Source: Thalia democratica (Eukaryota). From it: DNA of 64,000 nt. Position 1 is the first letter of the stretch; the number at the start of each line of letters is the position of its first letter. Below the pieces are notes generated by a model, which saw only the letters and a list, made by a program, of their open reading frames with translations, was not told the DNA's origin and ran no database searches. The translations under genes were made by a program, and so were the position numbers. The stretch spans positions 80,910,001 to 80,974,000 of the forward strand of contig OZ241830.1 of NCBI GenBank assembly GCA_965202585.1, read 5' to 3'. This document shows, in pieces, positions 10,801 to 21,000 of this stretch.

Positions 10801-13799
10801 CTTTAAAGTGTAACAACCAAAATTAGCTCGTTTTATTTATTAGTTGTTTAATATTGTTATCTTAATAAACTGTTTGATATATTGAATTTTTGGTTGACTT
10901 GTAAAGTTTAATTATCATTTAATAAACATTTTCTAAACTTAATTTCCAACTTTTATGAAACAACTAAGTTTTTAATATCTATAAATTTTGAATTTGTAGT
11001 AATACGGATACTATAACAACATTACCTTTAAAAGCTTCTCATTATATTAAACATAACTATTTTCAATGTTACTTATTGTTATTTATTTTGGAAAGCATCA
11101 AAATATTTTACCACAGTTTTGTATTCTTCTCAGCAGTAGCGCTATGTAGCTATACAAATGGCGCTAAACTTAAAAGCTGGGATTAATTTAAACTAGTTAT
11201 CTCTCATACATATTATTTATAATGGGTGATTTTTTTAATTTTAAGTACATTTTTTGCTTGCTATTAACATAAAAACTTGCTAAAAATAGTATAGCCAAAT
11301 CCTTGTGTTTGAAAAATATTTATTATTGATAAAAATATTTTTTATAGCTTCAAGCAGCGTTTATTTAAAAAAAAACTCAAATGTTTTATGTTTGTAACAG
11401 CTTATTTATTTCATAAGACTTAAAAAATGTTGAAAGCTAGAAAAAAAGTAAAGTTAATTACTATTTTCTGGTTATTTTGATAAATCCAATTCAATTTCAA
11501 TAAATAGCTTCTATTGAAAAAAGTGTTAAATTTAGATCGTTTTAAATATAAATAAGAAATTTTAAAGCTTTGAAAAAGTTTATTTTGGAGTCGAACCAGT
11601 CATGAAATGTTACTGTTAATTGTTTTTAATTTATAAACTTCTCAAAATTAGCAAAAGTATCAATTACATGTAAACCAGCGTGAAAAACATAAACATGTTG
11701 AAACAATACACAAGTAATTCGATACTTTTGCTCGTTCAACTAATTAAAAAATTCATACAATCAACACAATTTGATACAATTCAACTTTGTTGAGTTGTTT
11801 AGCTCACTAACTTTTTGTCTATTATGTTAGCAAAAGTTTTTTTATACTTAAAGCAAATCATAAAAAAAAAATTACCAAAATTAGCATTTAAAATTTATTT
11901 ATACTTTACAAACTACTCGTACATGAAATTTTAAATTAACTTAAAATTCAAATTTAAAAATTATTTATTTTAACGTTTTTTGAATTATTTAATTTTTTTA
12001 TTTCTGGTAACCCTACTATACATTGCACAATCCAAAAGCGTCCTTTATGTAATAAAATTACTATTTTGACAATAAAATATACTGCTAATAAATTTCTTTA
12101 TAAGTTACTTTATATCTTATAACGTTTTGATTTTTTTCAATGACTTGTTCTAATCGTTAGATAGAATATTTTTTCTCAGTTCTTTGGGCAGATAAAAACT
12201 GTTTGTCAATTATTCTTAAAATCATTTAAAGATGCTTGTCTCTACGCTTTTTTTTTAATTATAACAATCCGTTGATAAAAGTTTATTTTATATATAAAAG
12301 AATTTTTTTAGTTTGAAAGTATAATTTACAAAACTTTTTTTTGTTATACCAAAAGAATACTCATTAATTCAGAAAAATTAACAAATTTAAACATAAAGAA
12401 GTTGTTGACCGAGTCAGTAATAAATGTTGGGTGCTATATCTTTATCTATTTTAGTTCAGAGGTCAATAACATTTTACAAGTAACGGTTCACATTAATCTG
12501 AAAAACTCTTTTGCGGGCCAGACTTGTTAGAAACAAGTCTTCGCAACCTACCTTAGTTCTGAAAATTTATACAAAAAAAATTAAGTTTTTTAAAATCAGA
12601 ATTTTAATGAAATCAATAAAAAAGTATCACGCTAGAACTTACTGAAAACCAAACTTAGTTACAATATAATACCTGTTGATATTTTTTGTAATTTATCTAA
12701 TTTTTTTGTTGCATAAACTGCTTAAAGCCAAAAGTATACTGTGGGTCTACACATGACAGGCAAGATCTTGTCAAAAACAAAAGTTGATATCTAAACAACA
12801 AAATACTAGTAGGGACCACTTTGTAAAATTAAACAAAAATTAAAAATATTACTACACAAGAATAAGCATGTATAGTCTTAGAATATTCTTCACAATAATA
12901 AAAAAAACTCTTTTATTAATATTGCAACAATTCATATCAAAGCAGCAACTTAAATCTTTGTTTTCAAAAATGTCTTGAAACATATTTTCAACCTTCGTCC
13001 CTTAGTTTTTTAGTTAGAATTGTCCCAGAAATCTAGTTTACAATCGCTCAACGTATAAAATCGTTACATTAACTTTTTTTTCATTTTCATGTACAATTAA
13101 AGGTCTTGGTAATATGGTAGAATCAAGTTTTTTTATAACTCACAGTTGAGAATTTATTGAAATTAATAATTCATCGTCACATAGAATATAGTTTCAGCAG
13201 TTGATTAGTTTATTGAACGACTAAAAATGCACTTAAAATATTTGGTCCCAGGACCTGGTGCACGCAAAAACATTTCGGTTATTGACCCGAACACAATTAA
13301 CGTTTTGTAAAGTACCCCTATCGGGATTTGATCCCGGGTCGTTGTATTGCAAGTATACGTTTGCAGAATGGCAGTTTTTACTCAAGTTTATTTTTTAAGA
13401 AGAATTTAGCTAATTCGACTTGTAATAAAAAAGTTTCTTTAAGTTCGTAGTTGTTTAAATAACTTTCAACGGTTGTTAACAGTAGCTTTGTTAGAGATAA
13501 TATTATTCAGTCAACAAACTCATAATAGTTACTAAAAATCAATTAGATGCATTGTATCATGTATGACTTTCAAAAGTAGAATTCTAAACTGACTAAAAAA
13601 ATTTTAAGCCATACAAAACCAAAATGGTTTGAAAACTACTGATTAGCAAAAGTTTTAAAACAACAACAACATTTCTAAACAGAATTGTTTATTTACTTAG
13701 TTTGTTATTTTACAACAACCTTTTCTTTTGTGAAAATAGTAACAACAGTTTAAAAAAGTAACAAATAACTTTACAGAATTTTTTTTACACATTGTCATC

Positions 13800-15210
13800 A
13801 TGGTACAAGTCGAAGTTTGGTATGGTGACCGAAACCTGAGTGTTGATATAGAGCTCATACACGACATCAGGCTTCTAAAGGTGAGATAACTGCATAAATG
13901 ATAGTTGTATAAATGTAGAGTTGTTTAAAATTCAAATTTCAGTGTTTTAAATCCAAAAACTCTTTTGAAGGTCTACTTTTTTATCTAAATTGTTATACCA
14001 TATGTTTATTTTACTTAAAGTTATTATACTACCTGTATGTTAATTAATATTTTTATTACTTGTTACCAACTTATCAATTAATTTAAATTAAAGGTGTTAT
14101 ACTACCTGTAAGTGAATTCATTCTTTTTTTTTTACTTGTTATCAACTTATCAATTAATTTAATTTAAAGGTATTATACTACTTGTATGTGAATTCGTTAT
14201 TTTTTTTACTTGTTACCAACTTATCAATTAATTTAATTTAAAGGTATTATACTACTTGTATGTGAATTCGTTATTTTTTTTTACTTGTTACCAACTTATC
14301 AACTAATTTAACTCGTAGGTGTACCTTCACTTCATACATGGTGTACCCTACCAGGACCTCAAACTGATGTACAAGGAAATGGAACTTGCCAACGGTATCA
14401 TCCTTCAGAGACTGAAAGATGTCTTTTTTCACGGAACAGGAATAAAATTGACCATGGCTACCAACTCTGAACCATTTGTAAGTATTTAAAAGTACATTTA
14501 GTAATATTTTTATTCGACTAATTTTTACATTTTTTTTAGATGTTTAATTTTTGTTTATCAACTATATAAATATTTGTCAGCTGTAGTAGAAATAACAGTT
14601 GTTTTAGATAGATATCATAAATTTTTATACGATGCTTTTAATGGCTTTTAATGAATTTACTTATCATTTTTAAATGTTTACATTTTATAGAAAAATTATT
14701 ATAATTAATTAGAGTAGTTTTCTTGATTATAAACAAAATTATACTATTTTGAATTATTTTAAAAACTGTAAAGTTATCCTATTCTTAATAAATAATTTAT
14801 CTTGTATATCTGTTTTACAGTCTAAACGATGTCAATAAAAAGTTATTAATAAAATCAAAAAGTACCTCCAACAAAAATAATTTGTAACTAACGTTTATAC
14901 CACGCTCAATTAAAATAAAGTAATTAGAGTAATCAAGAAAGCTGTAAATAATTTCCTCAACTGTCAGGTGTTCATTGAGGTCGTTCCATTCACATTGGGG
15001 GATTACCCGGGCAAAAGTATCCGGGGCCTGCTCTTCAGCTCCCTGGCAACCATCGAAGAAGTCAAGGGCGCCGTGGCGGGAAGGCTCGGTTGTTTCCATG
15101 GTAACGTCACCCTGATCTTCAATGGGAGGAGGTTGAGAAACGGGAGGACCCTCCTTAACTGCAACGTCAAGACCCACTCCGTGGTTCATTGCCATCTAAA
15201 CATGCAGTAA
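13800..15210 (+). CDS. Tandem di-ubiquitin-like protein, copy A (160 aa, 3 exons), no C-terminal Gly-Gly
   Basis: Exons 13800-13880 (MVQVEVWYGDRNLSVDIELIHDIRLLK), 14319-14477 (VYLHFIHGVPYQDLKLMYKEMEL...TNSEPF), 14968-15210 (VFIEVVPF...TIEEVKGAVAGRLG...VTLIFNGRRLRNGRTLLNCNVKTHSVVHCHLNMQ*). All introns GT-AG, phase 0. GVPYQDLKLMY and LIFNGRRL..GRTL match ubiquitin-fold patterns (GIPPDQQRLIF, LIFAGKQLEDGRTL). Structure is conserved in copy B. Confidence 0.85.
14015..14318 (+). repeat. About 75-78-bp intronic tandem repeat, 4 units, ending at the exon-2 acceptor of UBL copy A
   Basis: Unit aaggtattatactacttgtatgtgaattcgttatt(t)nacttgttaccaacttatcaattaatttaattt seen 4 times. Confidence 0.9.
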
Positions 15211-15981
15211 TGTTGAGGTGCCAATAATTAATAGTTTCACTCTCAGTAAGATATTGAGGGTGCATAACACTAGGTGGCTTTTAAGTTAGAACTTTAAGTG
15301 TATAATTGTGATTAGTATGCAATCGTTTACAAATAGTAGAGCTTGTTTAAAAATGTTTTGTACTATCAACTTTTTTATTAATATACTTTTTATTTTTTTT
15401 TTCTTGAGCCACCTCTGTTTTTTAATTTTAAATAATTCTGGCTGCATTGAGTTCAGAAGTTGCACTTTCGGGTAGTTCTTATTTTTTCTGAGCAAATGAG
15501 TTTCTTCGGGCTACATCACCCCGATGGTTCATAAAAACTATTAGGATTTTATGTTTGCCTTGAGGAAATTTATTTTGTTAAGTCAAAAAACTCTGCGGTT
15601 TTTATACATATGATAAAATACTTAGTTCGAGTTTTTATTTTTCTTTTAATTGCACTCAAACTGTCTTGACTGGTTTTGTGTTTTTAATGCTATTATTTTG
15701 TGATATTAGTGTTTATCGCAATTTATGTAAAGAATATATTAACTTGAATATAAACAGAAGTGTCTATATTTTATTTAAGTTTTTTTAATTTTAATTAAAG
15801 CTTCTTAAATATAAAGCTACAATATTATTGTATTTAACTATTACTAACATACATTCGTTTTATTTAGTTGAAAATTTTTCATGCCAATAAGTTGAGGACT
15901 AAACTTATGTAATTCTTGAACTTTTTTAAGTTAACTTTCAAATTCGTCTCAAAATTTTATGTATGATAATAGTATCTAAAG

Positions 15982-16185
15982 CAGGGTTTTTCAAACTTTT
16001 TTGCAAATGGCCCCCTTTAAAGAAATTGAAAAAGCAATGGCCCCCTTCAACAAGATTACTCATAAACTACGATAAAAAACACCGAAAACCTTTTTTTTTG
16101 TTCTTCGTCTGCAACTCAAGAATATCTAGTGTAAGTTTCAAGTTATAGCCTCATGACCCCCTAGGGCGCCACTTGGGAAACCCTG
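15982..16185. mobile_element. hAT-type MITE (204 bp), same family as 10456-10800
   Basis: TIRs cagggtttttcaa / ttgggaaaccctg; perfect 8-bp TSD atctaaag (15974-15981, 16186-16193). Confidence 0.92.
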
Positions 16186-16732
16186 ATCTAAAGTTATCTT
16201 AAGTTAAACTCAAAGTATGGCGAGCATAAAGAGACTTTAAATATATTTTTGTTACAAGTTTATTGTCGATGTCTATTGTTGCATCAGGCATCAAAAGCTA
16301 GACCACTTAAACTGAAAGTAAAAAGTTCATTTTGTTTAAAACAAAAGCTTAACTTAATTTAATTTTATAACTTAATAGATTAACATAAAATATTTTTGTA
16401 ACACACAAACTTATACTTATTTACGCTTCGATCCAACGAAAATTTGTCCGCTAGGTATGTAAAGTGGCCGACCCCTGGTATTATCTTACTTCACCAATTA
16501 GGGCTAAAACAATTACATTAAATTTAATATTTTGACCTTTTCAAGCTAGAAACATCTCATGCTCTCGAAGACACATCAAGATACTAACATTAAGAGCAAT
16601 CAATATCAATTGCATAACTTAGTATTTATACAAAGTTACGTCAAAGAAAAATTTGCAATTTTAAACCGACATTTTAATAATCTTTTTCGCTTTGCACCTT
16701 GTGGGATATCACCAAATAAAACTAATCTAGAC

Positions 16733-17579
16733 AAAGGTGTCCCAAAATGGGCATTTTAGAAATTGAGGTAGCGATAAGCTGCAAGGGGGACCCATGAGTA
16801 GTAAAGGAGCTGTTTTTTGTAAATTCCAAGTTTTAAAAAAAAGTTTTTTTTTTCCATATTTGGTATGAAACTAAACTTAAAATAACTGTCGTAGAAACAG
16901 TGTAATAACATTAAAAAGATACTGTAAACCTACTTTAATTGTGTTTTCATTTAACAAAACTTAAACTATTTATTTTTTCTATGGTAGATTTTTTGTGTTT
17001 AATCGAAACTTTCTTTCTTTACATGTCAATATAGTTTAAAATTCCAGGTTTTTATAGCAATCATGAAAGAACTGAGATTATTAAAAGGGCCACGAAACCG
17101 TAATTTTTAAATTACACTTGATATTCAGAAGTTAACGGCAAAAAGGTGCATACAGGGTTGCAAATGTTTTTGAAAAAAATTTTCCAGGTTTTTAAAATTA
17201 TACGTTTTAAGGTCTGCTTTTAGTTTTAAACTAAGTTTAAGGTAAAAAAACTGTGTTAGGTAGTATAACGACATTGAAAGTTTATTTTTAGCTTCTTTTA
17301 CTGTGTTTTTAAATAAATAAAAATTTATATATACGATAAATTTTGTGTCACATCGAAATTTTACTACTTAACATGTAAAATTGTTTAGAATTCCAGGTTT
17401 TTTGGCAACCCTGTGTATACAAAGGTAGTTTTGAAACTTACACTAGATATTCTAAAGTTGATGAAGACCAAAAAATAGGTTTAACATTATTTTTTGAGAG
17501 AGGGGGCTTTTCTTTTTTATGATTTAGCTTTTCTTTATTTCTCTAAAGGGTCTTATGAAAAAAACTTTGAGAAACCCTG
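16733..17579. mobile_element. Older hAT-type MITE of the same family carrying nested CAGGGTTGC(C)-family insertions
   Basis: Degenerate left TIR aaaggtgtcccaaa, right TIR tttgagaaaccctg, flanks atctagac/atttagac. Nested complete element 17153-17413 and a fragment at about 16810-17060. Confidence 0.6.
17153..17413. mobile_element. CAGGGTTGC(C)-TIR MITE
   Basis: cagggttgcaa ... ttggcaaccctg; flanks tgcata/tgtata; internal ttccaggttttt motifs shared with copies at 27510, 29060 and 51562. Confidence 0.8.
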
Positions 17580-18079
17580 ATTTAGACTTTAGTTGTATTT
17601 TTTTTTCGATCTTCTATTTTATTCTCTGTTTTAAGTCTGACGAAATATCACATTAAGGATTTCTCTTAAGTGCGATTTTGGCTATAAGGGGCAATAACAA
17701 GTAAGGTGGCAAAAAAGTAAAATAAACTAGTAATGGTATCTAATTTCATTTAACTTCTTGCCAAGGTGCTTCTCGCAAACAAAAACCATGCTGACTGAAA
17801 TAAAATTGACTACATAGGGTAAGTGGCTCTTGGAGTTTTTATTTATAAAGGTTAGAAAGGATATAAACATAATTATAACAAGTTAGAAATTAAAAACGGA
17901 AGAAATGTGTTTTTGAACATTTATTAGCGAAACAAAATAAATGCGTGTTTACAATAAAAACTACTTTATAAAGAAAACATTCAAAAGCTCGTTCAGTATG
18001 AAAATTTACCTAAACAACCATCACATAAATGTGTAATGAAAAAAAGTTCTACTACTTCGTAACTATTCAGGTGATTTCC

Positions 18080-21000
18080 CTAATAAGGTCCGGACCTTCC
18101 CCTTCCTGAACCTCCTCTCCACTTACCCCCGCCCTGCCTGTCGCCTCCCGATCTGTCGCCTCCTCTGTTGCGGTCGCCTCCGTATCCGCCTCTGCCCCCC
18201 GATCCTGTTCAAGTTGCAATTTGTTAAAAATTTTGCTTAATATGTAAAATAAAGTTTGGTTATTTTGCAAGAAAACTAAATATAAAACTAGTACTATATA
18301 ATAATTATTAACAATTATGACGTCATACTCACCCCTGTCACCGCCGTAACTCCTTCCTCCTCCCTGGTAATCGTCGCCGCCCCTGTCTCCGTACCTTCCC
18401 CCACCGCCCCTGTTGCCACCGCCCCTCCTGTCGAATCCTCCCCTTCCGCCGCCCCTTCCCCCGCGGAAACCTCCACCTCGCGACCCTCCGCGACCCCGGC
18501 CCCCTTTTTCTCCTGTTCGAAGATAGTTTGTTGATTATTGCGTAACTTAGAACGTAAATAAGTTGTAATTATTATTTTATTAAATTTACAGTTTCCAGAC
18601 TTTTCAGGTTTCTTGACAACCCTGTTATCAAAAGGCATGCCCTCACTTTCAAACTCTCTGAAATGCCCTAAATTTCATGATGAGTTGTATTTGTTAACTA
18701 ACCATATATATGCCATCGGTTTTAAAGTTCTCCTGAATACAGCACAGCAAAAACAATTATATATAGTTAAAAGCATGTTTACAAACATGACGTTACAAAA
18801 TCTTGCGATGACAATTTAACTTAACATTACACCTGCCATTGCGACAATTATTATCAATTAGAAAAATAAGTTGATCAAGAGCTTATAGCGTTTTTCGTGT
18901 TTGACTTAGAAAATTGCATTAAAATTATATAACAGAATTATTAAAGTGGAGAAATTAAGAGGTTTGATTAGTTAAGTTACAATGCAATAAACATTGTTTT
19001 GAATCTTTTAAGACTAACTATAAGAAGTTTTTTGATTTAATTATGTTTATATTTTAAAACTTCCTTAAACTTACTATATGTTTTGTATTCAAATTTTACA
19101 CTGTTATGATCTTTATGTTTGTCAAAAACATAATGATAAAAGTATTGATTAAATGAGTTTGATTTTTAACTTGCTGTTAAAAAAGTTTGAAAGGAAAAGG
19201 TTTTTGTTTGTATAAGATATGTTACAATTCAATTGACGCAAATCAAAAGTAAAGATTAAGTAAAAAGCTTTCTTTTGAACTGTCAGCATTTACATTTTTA
19301 ATAACAACAACTTTTCCATCAAAGTTTATTTAGCTTCTTAAATATTTAAGAAATAACTAGTAAAAATATACATGGCATTTTTCCCACAAAAATCTTAAAT
19401 TTATTAAAACTAAATGTCATATACTTAACATTATAAACTGCTTATTATAAATAAAAACTCTTACTAACCAGTCCAAGCTTTTCTTTGTGTGAAACTGACT
19501 GACAATTCGCCTTGTCCGTTAAATGGTTTCTCTGAAAAGAAATAAAAATATTGTGACTTGTCATCTTTGCTTCATTTGAGATCATTTTTAAATGAAAATT
19601 ATTTAAAACACTGATAATCAGTTTCAAGGAGTATTTTCCTAATACAATTTGTTTCAAACTTTAAAATCAAATATTGGAAACAAAAGACACAAACTTAGAA
19701 GAGCGACTAAGTTTAAATTTAATTTTTAAATATTTCCACATGGAGCAGTTAAGTTTAAGTTCAAAAAATAATAATGCGACAAAAACTAACTGTTAAACCA
19801 ATTAATAGCAGCATGGGCGCTCGGTGGGTCGTCATAAGTTACTGTGCACTCGCCTGTAAATAACTATATGATTACAAAATATTATTGGTAATTAAACAAG
19901 TATTTACTTTCAAAGTAGTTACTTGGTTACCAAATAGAATAATCTATTAATCTTAGTACTTATGGTTGAAACTTTACCAGTTCTCAAATTAAAATCTAAG
20001 GAGTTACAACATATGTATTGAAGTACATTAGCTCTTTTGATATATTTTTCATTTATTTTTATTACCTTTAGGCTGGCCAGTTTCCTTGTCATTATACATG
20101 TAAATCTTCAACTCTCCAGTTCGTTTGTCTTTCTGTTACCGATTTATACATACAATCATAATAATTCAAAGCTTATTTCTTAAAACCACAAATAAATTTA
20201 TAATTAAGAAAAAAAGACTTGTTTATATGCTATAAAAAAAATTTTAATCATCAACAACTTTTTATAGTCGTTTTTAAATGTAAATGGTTATTTTAAAACA
20301 ATTCTTGATATGTTAAAATACATGAATCTTGCGTCTTACATACTCACTTTAATCTATAATTACAAATGTATTTTGTAAACCGAACTAGTTTTTAAACTGA
20401 CATCACACAACAAATCAAACCTTGACAATGCCGATTTGTCCGAAGAAGTCACCAATTTGCTGACTGGTCACATTTTTCGGCAGTCCGCTGACGAAAATGG
20501 TGTCGCTGGGTGGCCCACTCTGCACTTCCTGTTGCACCGGTTGCGCCGCTGTTCGTTGTATTTGCAATTTAATTTAAATTTTAACTATTTTTACAAATTA
20601 TCAACATCAGTTAATAGAGGAATCGTTTTTTTTAGAACCTTTTTCATTAAGACATTTGTTCAACCCAATCATTGATAGTTTTTCTGGTAATTAATAAATA
20701 AGTGACTCAATTCTTTGGGGATAGCTCTTAATTCAAATATGATCATGAATGTCAATAAATAAATGCATGGTTGCAGGTTCATTGCTTTCTTTAATGCTTT
20801 CTTAGAGACCCAATATATGTATATAAGATATTAATAACAAAACCATGTATTTCCAAAAACCTAAGAAAATAAGTATATGAAAAACTAACTTTTATTCAAT
20901 TCTTTAAAACTTAATAACCTTCAAATAATAGCACTGAAAGCTTGGACCAATATATTTATATATATTTATGTGTATTTTGAGATTTTTAACAATTTTAGTC

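Larger units (their letters stand above)
11020..15610 (+). repeat. Left arm of an inverted segmental duplication (partner about 33305-38580)
   Basis: Reverse-complement matches read directly: 11020-11200 with 38400-38580, 11590-11830 with 37825-38040, 12080-12130 with 37480-37530, UBL gene exons and introns, and 15250-15610 with 33305-33660. Boundaries approximate; many indels. Confidence 0.85.

Noticed and set aside
13314-13375. tRNA gene
   Set aside because: Only a T-arm and a degenerate anticodon arm; no D-arm/A-box or acceptor stem, so treated as a tRNA-derived repeat head.
14815-15195. 126-aa minus-strand ORF, also 33748-34002(+) and 60766-61023(+)
   Set aside because: Antisense shadows of GC-rich exons of the UBL and Ly6-like genes.
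15490-15535. SECIS element downstream of the UBL genes
   Set aside because: Has ATGA and a stem but no apical AA and no correctly placed GA quartet; neither CDS has an in-frame TGA.
18067-18638. ORFs 18067-18270(-) and 18315-18638(-)
   Set aside because: Off-frame readings of the FET RGG exons; the phase-consistent frame gives the RGG/PY sequence.
18590-18660. Hairpin tgacaaccctgttatca as a possible intronic snoRNA
   Set aside because: Matches the CAGGGTTG(C/T)CA...aaacctg MITE terminus; no convincing C/D or H/ACA boxes.
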